From: a virus | Strand: one strand, 5' to 3' | DNA: 64,000 bases | IMG/VR virus record: IMGVR_UViG_3300035670_000028 | Coordinates: 64,001-128,000 of that record | Shown: piece after piece, positions 53,352-62,368 of the stretch | Numbering within the stretch: the stretch's first letter is position 1 | How the letters are laid out: each line of letters starts with the position of its first letter | Program-made: the position numbers and the translations under genes | The notes under the pieces: model-generated | Database searches by the model: none | The model's input: only the letters and a program-made list of their open reading frames with translations | What the model was told of the DNA's origin: nothing

Positions 53352-54850
53352 GACATCCTTTTAGCGAGACTCGTCTATCTGAGACGAAGTGGATTCGAAC
53401 CTTTGCACGGAGCACACAGTCCAGTGAGCTCGTGTGGCATCGTGATCGAGAGGACAGAATTGTTCGGGTTGTTGAGGGAAGCGGCTGGATGCTCCAGATG
53501 GATGGACAGCTCCCGATAGACCTCAAGCCTGGATCCATTCACAGGATTCCTGCTCGATCTTGGCACCGCGTGATCATGGGTGAGAGCGCATCTGGTCTCA
53601 CTGTGCTCGTTGAGAAGCTGAAGAAGGGTGATAAGGTAAAGGTCGACGGCAAGAAGGCAACAGTCAAAGTGCCTGACGGTCGAGGAGATCTTATCGGTGT
53701 GGACTTCGACGACCCTGATGACATGGAGATGGTTCCCTCGAAGGACGTCAAGAAGCTCAAGGAAGATAAGATAGGTTTTGGAAGCTATGATACCTGGTCT
53801 GATCCAAGTGTGGCTTTCAAGGACAGCGACCTCAATGTTACAGACAAAGCGCAGAAGTTCGCCATGCTTATGGACAAGGTCGCTGAGGAGCTGGGTCTAC
53901 CTGAGCCTGTGATCACGAGCGGCCTGCGCCCGCCAGATCGTCAAGTAAAAGCGATGCTAAATCTCTGGAAGAACCACGGATCGCAGTACGTGATCGATCT
54001 CTACGCTCAGAAGTGCAAGAGCTGCAGCGACGCTGCAGGACAGGTTGCTGAGGAGTTGGTCGCTCTTTGGGATGAGAACAAGATTCCTCTACTTGGTGGT
54101 GTGCCCAAGAGTGTTTTTAAGCAATCCATGGAAATAGTTGCAGGCAGTCCTATTTCTGAGCACCAGAACGGCAACGCGCTAGACTACGGTATCAAGACAA
54201 ACCCGGGTGACAACATCAAGAGAATGGTCGACCACATAGGAGGGAAGGGACTCGCCACGTACGAGCTTATCGATGAGACGCAGGGCCAGGCCCCACACTG
54301 GCACGTCAGCGTCTACTCAATTACGCCTTCGGGCATCAAGTACTTGGAGACACCAAACATGTCAGAGGCCAAGAAGAAAAAGATGCCGGGCGAGCCTGAG
54401 TATTACGTTGGCGACAAGTCAAAGAAGACCAAGAGCAACAAGCAGATGGCGCAGGAGATCAATAAGTGTGCCAAGGAGCCTCGTCCCAAGAGCTGCTACG
54501 ACGAGTGGTCTGCCGACAAGACGTACAAGAAAAAGAAGAATGAGTCAGCTGACCTGGTGGATGATGTGCTCGACGAGGCGCTCGACGACATGTTAGACGA
54601 TATCCTGACAGAGAAGATCAGCGAGAAGACCAGGAAGACGCTCAAGAAGAAGGCTGAGAAGGCCAACATGCCCCTCGGAGCGCTCACAGGCGTGTATAGG
54701 AAGGGACTTGCAGCGTGGCTCTCAGGACACAGACAGGGAGTGTCTCAGCATGCCTGGGCAATGGGAAGAACGAACAGTTTTATAAGGGGCGGCAAGGCTC
54801 GCAAGGTTGACAAGTCAGAGTGGAAAAAGGTCCAGAAGCACAGGAAGTGA
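53348..54850 (+). CDS. Mosaic protein: cupin-like + SH3-like + M15-like peptidase + basic C-terminal domain
   Basis: WHRD..WHRVI; LKKGDKV; ITSGLR...SEH..GNALD...HWHV; VYRKG.AAW..GHR.G...WA..R.NSF. Confidence 0.65.
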   Translation: MRHPFSETRLSETKWIRTFARSTQSSELVWHRDREDRIVRVVEGSGWMLQMDGQLPIDLKPGSIHRIPARSWHRVIMGESASGLTVLVEKLKKGDKVKVDGKKATVKVPDGRGDLIGVDFDDPDDMEMVPSKDVKKLKEDKIGFGSYDTWSDPSVAFKDSDLNVTDKAQKFAMLMDKVAEELGLPEPVITSGLRPPDRQVKAMLNLWKNHGSQYVIDLYAQKCKSCSDAAGQVAEELVALWDENKIPLLGGVPKSVFKQSMEIVAGSPISEHQNGNALDYGIKTNPGDNIKRMVDHIGGKGLATYELIDETQGQAPHWHVSVYSITPSGIKYLETPNMSEAKKKKMPGEPEYYVGDKSKKTKSNKQMAQEINKCAKEPRPKSCYDEWSADKTYKKKKNESADLVDDVLDEALDDMLDDILTEKISEKTRKTLKKKAEKANMPLGALTGVYRKGLAAWLSGHRQGVSQHAWAMGRTNSFIRGGKARKVDKSEWKKVQKHRK

Positions 54851-54851
54851 C

Positions 54852-55163
54852 ATGAGCAAGCACCTGAGACAGCTTATACGTGAGGAACTGCGTCGCCAGC
54901 AGCTCAATGAGTCAAAAATTGAAGCCGGCGCTGAGTACGATCGGACAAAGGAAGCACCGAAGAGGGCATTTGAGGCCATCCTGAAGCGAAAAGCCGCTGA
55001 GATGGGACCTAACATGCTCGGCCAGATGCGCCCAGGATCACCGGATCACCTGCGGCTCATCGAGGACGCGCTGGATGAGGCAGGAATTGCTGACGCAGGC
55101 CTTCGGGGGCTCATCAGTGGCCCTTTCAAGATGATACCACCCCACTTCCTGCTTCGAATCTGA
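54852..55163 (+). CDS. Tagged putative virion protein
   Basis: HLRQLIREEL...LNE. Confidence 0.6.
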   Translation: MSKHLRQLIREELRRQQLNESKIEAGAEYDRTKEAPKRAFEAILKRKAAEMGPNMLGQMRPGSPDHLRLIEDALDEAGIADAGLRGLISGPFKMIPPHFLLRI

Positions 55164-55261
55164 TATTTGCCCGCTGAGAAGTGATATTTAGACCGGTGTA
55201 CAACTGATTGGAGTGCTTTAAGATGAGGAATCGCTCTTCTAACACAGCAGAGACAAGGAAG

Positions 55262-55891
55262 ATGCGCGATCTGCGCCTCTCCATCCGCCGCGCAATCAAA
55301 GAGTGCGGCATGGATGACACAATGCCCCACCCAGACGACTCAGCGATGATGTCCGATGAGCCCGCAGAGATGCACGGTCCCGAAGAGACAGGTGCCTTCG
55401 ACGCGCCTGACGAGGAGCATCCCGGCTACATGCTGCTGGGCAACCTGAAGAAGCTAGCAGTCAAATCTGCTGAGCTGGCTGATCTCGCATCACCCTGGGA
55501 TGATGCCGAGCCCTGGATTGAGAGCAAGGTGAACTCTGCAGCACAGCACATCGACGCGATCCACGACTACATCATGTACAGCGTCCTCGATCAGGACTTC
55601 GATGCCGAGGGGCACGAGGACATGATGCATGAGTGCGGCGAGATGATGGGCGACATGATGACAGAGCCTATGGGCCGCAATATGGGTGATGGCGGTCCTG
55701 CGACGATGGCACGGGGCCAGCTGTTCCAGATCGCTAAGAAGTCACAGTCACTTTCCGATCGGCTCACAGACGCTGACACCCTTCCGGAGTGGCTGCAGTC
55801 GAAGGTCGCCATGGCGTACCAGACGATCGCGACTGTAAGCGATTATCTCGACTACAAGATGATGAGAAATGACAGCGGTGATCCTGTCTAG
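55262..55891 (+). CDS. Tagged virion protein with internal domain duplication
   Basis: LRLSIRRAIKE; two copies of W.xSKV..A...I..xxDY. Confidence 0.65.
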   Translation: MRDLRLSIRRAIKECGMDDTMPHPDDSAMMSDEPAEMHGPEETGAFDAPDEEHPGYMLLGNLKKLAVKSAELADLASPWDDAEPWIESKVNSAAQHIDAIHDYIMYSVLDQDFDAEGHEDMMHECGEMMGDMMTEPMGRNMGDGGPATMARGQLFQIAKKSQSLSDRLTDADTLPEWLQSKVAMAYQTIATVSDYLDYKMMRNDSGDPV

Positions 55892-55901
55892 GAGACATGA
55901 A

Positions 55902-56471
55902 ATGACGAAGCTTACTAAGACACAGCTACAGAGAGTAATCAAGGAGGAGCTAGCTGCTGTTCTCTCCATGGACACACTTCCCTTGTCGTTGGAGTCGGGC
56001 ATGGGCGCCGACGTCTCCCTTGAGGAGGAGATGATGGGCCTTCTCGCTTGTCTCCGCTGCGCAGGTGTGTGGTTCCACGCCGCGCACCACGTCACGAAGG
56101 GCACGGGCTTCATTGGCGACCACAAGGATCTGTATGGAGAGATCTACGGCGCTCTCAATGACGACTACGACGGCGCAGCTGAGAAGGCTGTGGGTCTCAC
56201 TGGCAACGAGGACGTTGTCTGCCCACACTCAGTCATGGCCTTGGCGATCGACAAGATGGGCAAGTACCCCTCACCCTCAGGCGCCTCCGCGGCCTCAATT
56301 GCCTCGACGGGCCTCGAGATCATGCGTGACCTGAACGATCACGTTGAAACAGTCTTCAAGAATCTTGAGGAGACAGGCCAGCTTGCACTAGGACTCAATG
56401 ACTTCCTCGCTGCCGCTGCCAACGACTACACGAAGTACATTTACCTCCTTCAGCAGAGAGCAAAGGGATGA
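55902..56471 (+). CDS. Dps/ferritin-like protein with N-terminal tag
   Basis: KLTKTQLQRVIKEE; H.AHH.TKG.GF..DH..LY.EIY....D..AEK; G..DFL. Confidence 0.75.
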   Translation: MTKLTKTQLQRVIKEELAAVLSMDTLPLSLESGMGADVSLEEEMMGLLACLRCAGVWFHAAHHVTKGTGFIGDHKDLYGEIYGALNDDYDGAAEKAVGLTGNEDVVCPHSVMALAIDKMGKYPSPSGASAASIASTGLEIMRDLNDHVETVFKNLEETGQLALGLNDFLAAAANDYTKYIYLLQQRAKG

Positions 56472-56474
56472 ACT

Positions 56475-57251
56475 ATGTCAATAAGTGACTACATACACAA
56501 GAGAATGTTGAAGCATGCCGGTCTGCTCAGTGAGAGTGCCACCGCTGAGAACTATAAGAAGGAGTGGGAGACTGCATTCAATCAGTACAGTGATCTCTAC
56601 AAAGATCTAAATCAAGTAAGACCTCGTGGAGTGAGCATGCAGAACATGTCAGTCGAGGATCTCAACGCTGAGATCGAAGACATGCGAGAGAGAATAAGTG
56701 CAAAGATTGCTGCGAAAGAGGCCGGCCTACCTGATCCTGAAGAGGAGTACAATAGACAGGGTGGCTACGGACAGTACGAGTCAAAGGGAACGAAACTGTC
56801 TCGCGGCAGCCTGCAGCAGATCATCAAGGAAGAGGTGTCTCGAGTCCTCTCTGAGATGGAGATCGTCAATGCGGACTCGGGAGAGATTCTCACAGTCGAT
56901 AAGCTCCCACCAAAGTATGCCGGCCGCCTAACGAAGGCTGACGGCTACGATGCCCTCTACGATCCGGACTTTGAGGCGCTGCGAAAGGATCTCACTCTTG
57001 ATCCAGATACCGCACTGGATATGCTCGAGGAAGAGGCCGCAGAGATGTACGGAGATGTCCAGGGTGACCTAGGCACCGCGATCGATATGGCCATGGGCCT
57101 CAAGATGTCGTTCCCCAAGGAGTGGGCAGCAGCGCTCACCACCAGAAGAATCAAGGACATGTACTACGATGACATGGGACCAGACGGTGGTCCTGAGTAC
57201 GATTCTCTGGACGATGCGTTGGCACGGTTCCTCGCAGAGCGCATGGGATGA
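56475..57251 (+). CDS. Tagged putative virion protein
   Basis: RMLKHAGLLSE; YSDLYKD.N.VRPR; KLSRGSLQQIIKEE. Confidence 0.65.
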   Translation: MSISDYIHKRMLKHAGLLSESATAENYKKEWETAFNQYSDLYKDLNQVRPRGVSMQNMSVEDLNAEIEDMRERISAKIAAKEAGLPDPEEEYNRQGGYGQYESKGTKLSRGSLQQIIKEEVSRVLSEMEIVNADSGEILTVDKLPPKYAGRLTKADGYDALYDPDFEALRKDLTLDPDTALDMLEEEAAEMYGDVQGDLGTAIDMAMGLKMSFPKEWAAALTTRRIKDMYYDDMGPDGGPEYDSLDDALARFLAERMG

Positions 57252-57314
57252 TTTATACAATAGACAATACTTATAGCCAGTGATATCTCGATAAATTATC
57301 TGAAAGGGTTAACA

Positions 57315-58361
57315 ATGCGTCTTACAGAGAGCCAGCTTAGATCGATTATCAGAAGAGCAGTCCTTCTCAACAGTAGAATAAGTGAGGGAACAGACGATGC
57401 AGTCGATCCTGCTGTTTCAGATAATATTAAGAAGGGACTAGATATAACTGCAGGTCCTTCTGATGTTATCAAGTATCTCAACGGCCCGGGAGTAGATCCT
57501 CGTGTGAGAGCTGTTCTTTCCATGGGATCAAAAGATGGTGAACCCGGCGATGAGAAAGCTTCACCAAAGACAACTAGTGTAAAGATCGGCAGTCTAATAC
57601 CCACACAGCGAGAGATTGAGCTTACAAAGTCCATTTCATATCCTCTCTCTAGTGTTAAGTCAATGAAGAAGATGTCAAGTGGTGGAACACAGCGTGTGGG
57701 ACCTCCTGGGAATGATTTTATCGTTATCAACGGAAATTTGATTATCGATGGTCACCATCGCTGGTCTTCACTATTCGCTGCTGCAGGACCCGATGCAGAG
57801 ATCGCTGCAATCGACTTAGGAATGCCTGAGTCGAGCGCCGCTGAAGTTTTAGCTGCAGTGCAGGTCGCGATCGCTTCTACACTTAAGGGTGGCGAGAAGG
57901 TACCTGAGGCAAAAGCAGGGGGTAAGAATATTCTTGGCCAAAGTGCTGATGGAATCAAGTCTCTCATTGAATCTTCCGTGGGTGAAACAACAGAGGCAGG
58001 AGAGCTCCTTTCAGACGATTTTGTTAAGCAATGCATGGAAGACGAAAAGCTTTCAAAGCACTTGGGAATTTCTGACGCCGGTGCAGATTCTGTTGAGTCT
58101 GCACGTGAAGCCATTATTGGTAAGGTTTCTGAATTTCTTTCTCAAATGAACCAGCCAGCAGATGGCTCACCTCCCCGCGTAGACATGCCACAGATTGATA
58201 AGGCGGGCGGTGGTGTAAAGGGTGTTATGAACGCGCTAGCGTCTGGAGATGTCAACTATAAGCCGCCCTTTGTCTCAAAGGAGTCTAGAACGCGCCCAAG
58301 AAATGATGATCAGATCGTCCTCGAGCGCTGGCAGAAGCTGGCCGGCCTGATTAAGGGCTGA
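57315..58361 (+). CDS. ParB/Srx-like domain protein with virion tags
   Basis: MRLTESQLRSIIR; LIPTQ, IIDGHHRW; C-terminal LERWQKLAGL. Confidence 0.7.
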   Translation: MRLTESQLRSIIRRAVLLNSRISEGTDDAVDPAVSDNIKKGLDITAGPSDVIKYLNGPGVDPRVRAVLSMGSKDGEPGDEKASPKTTSVKIGSLIPTQREIELTKSISYPLSSVKSMKKMSSGGTQRVGPPGNDFIVINGNLIIDGHHRWSSLFAAAGPDAEIAAIDLGMPESSAAEVLAAVQVAIASTLKGGEKVPEAKAGGKNILGQSADGIKSLIESSVGETTEAGELLSDDFVKQCMEDEKLSKHLGISDAGADSVESAREAIIGKVSEFLSQMNQPADGSPPRVDMPQIDKAGGGVKGVMNALASGDVNYKPPFVSKESRTRPRNDDQIVLERWQKLAGLIKG

Positions 58362-58372
58362 GATATTTAGCT

Positions 58373-58711
58373 GTGGAAGCTCACCTGTATACATATAGGG
58401 CACATGTGAGTGCCGTGTACGACGGTGACACGCTGACTGCTGACATTGATCTGGGCTTCTCTGTCGTGCTCCGTAGACAGTCCATTCGTCTCGCGCGTAT
58501 TAATGCGCCCGAGGTGAGGGGCACGTCAGCTGAGATGGGAATTAGAAGCAGGGACGCCCTTAGGGACCGCGTCCTCGGCAAGGACGTCCTACTGCGCACA
58601 ATCAAGGACTCACGCGAGAAGTACGGCAGGTGGCTCGGCGAGGTGTGGGTAGATGGCGTGTGTGTGAACGACTGGCTCCTTTCAGAAGGACTCGCTTTAA
58701 AATACACCTGA
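58373..58711 (+). CDS. Thermonuclease (SNase-like)
   Basis: VYDGDT..DIDLGF, IRL..INAPE, KYGRWLG, N..L..EGLA. Confidence 0.9.
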   Translation: MEAHLYTYRAHVSAVYDGDTLTADIDLGFSVVLRRQSIRLARINAPEVRGTSAEMGIRSRDALRDRVLGKDVLLRTIKDSREKYGRWLGEVWVDGVCVNDWLLSEGLALKYT

Positions 58712-58776
58712 TACCGGACCGGGCGCACGATATTTAGCCTCGTAAACTCTCTATTTGCGGTATGAGGAGGCTTATC

Positions 58777-59589
58777 ATGAACCTGGGCATATGGGTGGAT
58801 GATCCTGTGAAGGACGTTCAGACGTCAAAGTTCTGGGATAGCGTCAAGGAGCACGGCTTCACGACAGCTGCACTCATGCTTGAGAGCTCGAGTGATGGAT
58901 TTGATCCCAAGTATAACGAGAGGACACTCGAGCTTGTGAAGGGAAGGGCACTGATTCGTGACATCGAGCTGGTGCTCACCGTGTGGCCCGAGCCCAACAG
59001 GAAGTACCTGCAGGAGTTTGAGGCGAAGATCGGAAGGCTGCTGTCCGCGTCAGGTGCTGCAGGCCTCGAGTTCGACTGCGAGGGCAACTGGCTGAAGTCG
59101 AAGGTGAGAGGCTTCTCTTCACTTGACAAGGCAGGCGATGAGCTCGTTGCAGTTTTCAGCAGGGTCTCAGACAAGCACGAAGTGCGGACAGAGCTCACGA
59201 CATATCCCTATCACGCAGAGAACAGTCGCGCCGCCGATGTCGCGCCGCACTGCAACAGGATCCTCCCGCAGGCATACAGCGTCAGGGGAAGGTCCGAGGG
59301 TGAGGTGCCCTGGGATGACAGGCTGGGCCCTGGAAACATGCAGAGACTGACTCTGGATAGGGCTCTGCAGGTTCCAGGTGTCGGAGGCCATGGTGGACCA
59401 CTCGTCTCATGCGCCCTCGCTGCCTACGATCAGGAGTGGCCTGGACACACAGGCGAGGAGGCGATGAGGGTCGCTTACGACGCCGCTATGAAGTACAACC
59501 CAATGGAGATCAGATTCTGGAGCTCCAAGTGGGTGTTCGGTGTGAAGGCTAACGGATACGCTTCGAGATTCATAAAAGGAATTAGGTGA
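58777..59589 (+). CDS. Putative TIM-barrel glycoside-hydrolase-like protein
   Basis: GLEFDCE, PQAY, FWS motifs; adjacent to the amidase. Confidence 0.45.
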   Translation: MNLGIWVDDPVKDVQTSKFWDSVKEHGFTTAALMLESSSDGFDPKYNERTLELVKGRALIRDIELVLTVWPEPNRKYLQEFEAKIGRLLSASGAAGLEFDCEGNWLKSKVRGFSSLDKAGDELVAVFSRVSDKHEVRTELTTYPYHAENSRAADVAPHCNRILPQAYSVRGRSEGEVPWDDRLGPGNMQRLTLDRALQVPGVGGHGGPLVSCALAAYDQEWPGHTGEEAMRVAYDAAMKYNPMEIRFWSSKWVFGVKANGYASRFIKGIR

Positions 59590-59593
59590 CAAT

Positions 59594-60283
59594 ATGACAC
59601 GTGCGATTAGACACTTGGACCTGTGCGGCGAGCAGAAGAATCCTCCTCCACCCAAGGTGGGGCCGAAGGGCAAGGTGAATATTGCCCTCGTCAGGGCGGG
59701 AAAGGTTGTTGTCAGGAATCCTGCAACAGTCACAGGCATTGGAATCCACCAGACAGCCTGCGTGTTTGGGCCCTCTGCTGATCCTGAGAAGCGGTATAGG
59801 CGCGCACTAAATGTGCCCTGCCACGCCCTCGCTTTCAGGGACGGCGTGTTCGCCACTGCGTTCCCACTAGAGTGGTACATGTACCACGGTAATGAGCTCA
59901 ACGCGTTCTCTCTGGGCCTAGAGATTGAGGGTCACTACCCAGGCGTGCCTGATGATCCAGCCACACCCAAGCGCGAGGACATTCAGAGCACGTGGGGCGG
60001 AAATCCCACACCGTTCGATGATCTGGCAATCGAGACATCACGTGCCGCTCTCAAGCATCTTGTTGAGACTGGCAGAAACAAGAACATGCCCATCCAGTAC
60101 ATCTGGGCGCACAGGCAGAGCAACGGTCAGAAGCCCAGTGACCCGGGCTACCAGATCTGGAAGCACGTGGTCCTCGAGTACGGCTGCACGCAGCTAGGCC
60201 TCAAGACCCAGTGCTCGAAGACGTGGCGCAACGGCAAGGCGATCCCAGCAGTGTGGGATCCCACTGCGACTGCCAAGTACTGA
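59594..60283 (+). CDS. N-acetylmuramoyl-L-alanine amidase (Amidase_2, endolysin)
   Basis: IHQTA, CH, YHGN..N..SLGLEIEG, AHRQ, SDPG. Confidence 0.82.
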   Translation: MTRAIRHLDLCGEQKNPPPPKVGPKGKVNIALVRAGKVVVRNPATVTGIGIHQTACVFGPSADPEKRYRRALNVPCHALAFRDGVFATAFPLEWYMYHGNELNAFSLGLEIEGHYPGVPDDPATPKREDIQSTWGGNPTPFDDLAIETSRAALKHLVETGRNKNMPIQYIWAHRQSNGQKPSDPGYQIWKHVVLEYGCTQLGLKTQCSKTWRNGKAIPAVWDPTATAKY

Positions 60284-60290
60284 TGCTCCG

Positions 60291-60319
60291 TGTAAAATAA
60301 AGAGGGTCCAGGCTACAAT
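60291..60319 (+). promoter_or_regulatory. TGTAAA-N17-TACAAT promoter, probably leaderless
   Basis: In-frame GTG 60325 lies 5 nt after the -10 box. Confidence 0.65.
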
Positions 60320-60324
60320 TGTCT

Positions 60325-61125
60325 GTGCTCGACGTAAATCACCCGGGTTTCCACGATCCTGAGTACAGGAGACGCCGCGATCAAATCGCCGAGTCCGCGA
60401 GGAGGTACGTGTTCCCCGGCCCCGTCGAGAGAGTCCAGTACACCTCGGCGGAGCAGGGAGTGTGGTCAAGCATCAATCAGATACTGCGACCCATGCACGA
60501 TGAGCTCGCGTGCGACATGTATCTCAGGTCGCGTCCAATAGCGCAGCTTGACCCAGAGAGAATTCCTCAGCTTGACAGCATCAATAAGCGGCTGCTCTGG
60601 GAGACGGGCTTTCACCTCACACCTGTCGATGGGCTCGTGACGCCGCGCCTGTTCCTGTCCACACTGGCGGAGGGACGCATGCTCTGCACGCAGTACATCA
60701 GGCACCACAGCGTGCCCTTGTACACACCTGAGCCTGATGTCGTCCACGAGCTGCTGGGTCACGTTGTCATGTTCTTTGACCGCGACTACTGTGACTTGAA
60801 TAGGGACATCGGCAAGGCAGCGCGCGTGCTCTCAGATGACTCCCTGATTGAGCTTGAGAGGCTGTATTGGTATTCAATTGAGTTCGGCCTCGTGAGGGAT
60901 CTGGGGGTCACCAGGGCGTTCGGAGCAGGGCTTCTGAGCTCGGCGGGTGAGATGGGCGCGATGGGCTCTGTGACCCACAGGCCCTTTGTCCCTGAGGAGA
61001 TCGTCAGCACGCCGTACGACACTATGCACATGCAGAGCGCGCTGTTCTGCGCAGACTCTGTGGACCACATGTTTAGAGAGATCAGGAGGTACATTGGACA
61101 CCTCCGCAGGAGGGAGAATGTCTGA
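60325..61125 (+). CDS. phhA: Phenylalanine 4-monooxygenase (aromatic amino acid hydroxylase)
   Basis: HPGF.D.EYR.RR, TQYIRH, YTPEPD..HEL.GH, YWYSIEFGL, GAGLLSS.GE. Confidence 0.95.
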   Translation: MLDVNHPGFHDPEYRRRRDQIAESARRYVFPGPVERVQYTSAEQGVWSSINQILRPMHDELACDMYLRSRPIAQLDPERIPQLDSINKRLLWETGFHLTPVDGLVTPRLFLSTLAEGRMLCTQYIRHHSVPLYTPEPDVVHELLGHVVMFFDRDYCDLNRDIGKAARVLSDDSLIELERLYWYSIEFGLVRDLGVTRAFGAGLLSSAGEMGAMGSVTHRPFVPEEIVSTPYDTMHMQSALFCADSVDHMFREIRRYIGHLRRRENV

Positions 61126-61390
61126 AGAAGTGAGAGAGCTGTGCGGTCTCAAGGTGGGTGACCACGTCTGGTTTGTGCTCAAGGACGGACTTGCCCGCGT
61201 TGGGAAAGTGAGTGGATTCTTTCTGGAGGAGGGTCGTGAGCCTGCCGTGCACGTGTTTGACATGACCGACCAGCGACACCGCTACATGGAGGCAGGTCAG
61301 CTTTCCTCTAAACCCCTGACCGACGCGAAGAAGAAACGCCACCGGAAGACGAAGGAGAAACCGCAGAGAAAAAGCACAAAGGTGTTTTAA
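61118..61390 (+). CDS. SH3-like protein with basic tail
   Basis: LKVGDHVW. Confidence 0.6.
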   Translation: MSEEVRELCGLKVGDHVWFVLKDGLARVGKVSGFFLEEGREPAVHVFDMTDQRHRYMEAGQLSSKPLTDAKKKRHRKTKEKPQRKSTKVF

Positions 61391-61395
61391 GGCCG

Positions 61396-61423
61396 TGCAA
61401 AGTTGGTTCATACGTGATATTGT
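61396..61423 (+). promoter_or_regulatory. TGCAAA-N16-TATTGT promoter
   Basis: Matches the recurring motif, with extended TG. Confidence 0.5.
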
Positions 61424-61463
61424 GAGCATGTGGCTGCAGCCACCGAGACAAGGAGCAATTAGA

Positions 61464-61697
61464 ATGTCACCCCATCACATCGCACTACAGACCATTGCAT
61501 GCTACGGTAGAGTTCGAACTGGCAACTTTCCAGACGACTCGCATCAGGCGCTCAGTGACTTGTGTGAAAATGGTGCCCTTGATATTATTGAAGACGACTC
61601 AGGCGACACATGGTTCAAGCTGTCCGATCACGGCAAGGACCAGCTGCTCGAGCTGAACTGCCTCTTCAACTCCAACAACGCTGCGCAATTGAACTGA
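61464..61697 (+). CDS. Winged-helix-like small protein
   Basis: AL.DL.ENG......WFKLSDHG; AAGGAG RBS. Confidence 0.5.
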   Translation: MSPHHIALQTIACYGRVRTGNFPDDSHQALSDLCENGALDIIEDDSGDTWFKLSDHGKDQLLELNCLFNSNNAAQLN

Positions 61698-61698
61698 T

Positions 61699-61950
61699 AT
61701 GGCACTAGTCTCTCGCGCTCACGGCAAGCTTCTTGCAGCGGGGTTCCTGCCTTCACAGCAGACAGAGGACTACGAGCGATGGATCGACGCATCACGCCGT
61801 GGAGACGACATCTCTTTCTACAAGAGTGGTAAATCTACAGACGTCTTCAGAGTTCACGGCCGTGAGCAGGACAAACCTGAGTTCGATGAGTTCAACAGCT
61901 ATTACACACAAAATCTGTCAGAGGCAATTCGAGTCAGCAGGTTCAAATGA
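61699..61950 (+). CDS. Hypothetical protein
   Basis: ORF in operon. Confidence 0.6.
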   Translation: MALVSRAHGKLLAAGFLPSQQTEDYERWIDASRRGDDISFYKSGKSTDVFRVHGREQDKPEFDEFNSYYTQNLSEAIRVSRFK

Positions 61951-62153
61951 CAACACGCGCAAAGTGCAGTGAATGTGGCAGCTTCTTCTCCCCGCGGCGC
62001 CTCGCTCTTGGATACAGGACGTGCCTCGAGTGCGGCGAGCAGAGCATTCAAGTTGTCAACGAGCAGCGCAAGAAGCAGTGCGCTCCCGCCTACAACAAGG
62101 GCGCATACCAATTTATCACGGACATGCAGATGGTGAGGGACCTCGGACGATGA
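61947..62153 (+). CDS. DksA/TraR-like C4 Zn-finger protein
   Basis: CSECG....RRLALG..TCLECG. Confidence 0.6.
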   Translation: MTTRAKCSECGSFFSPRRLALGYRTCLECGEQSIQVVNEQRKKQCAPAYNKGAYQFITDMQMVRDLGR

Positions 62154-62368
62154 AGAAGTTCAAGATCAGATACGAGATGGAGACTGTGCTCGACGTCGCC
62201 GCACTGTGGCCTGGTGGTGACGCTCCCGAAAATCCCACTGTCGACGATGTCGTTCGCCTCATCAACAAGTACGGAGGAATCTATCGAGTGCTTGACACAT
62301 GGAACCTGCACCAGTGCGACAGTGACTGGAGCGTGACTGACTACACGACGACGGGAGCAATCAAGTGA
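62150..62368 (+). CDS. Hypothetical protein
   Basis: WPGGDAPENPT; ATGA overlap. Confidence 0.6.
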   Translation: MKKFKIRYEMETVLDVAALWPGGDAPENPTVDDVVRLINKYGGIYRVLDTWNLHQCDSDWSVTDYTTTGAIK

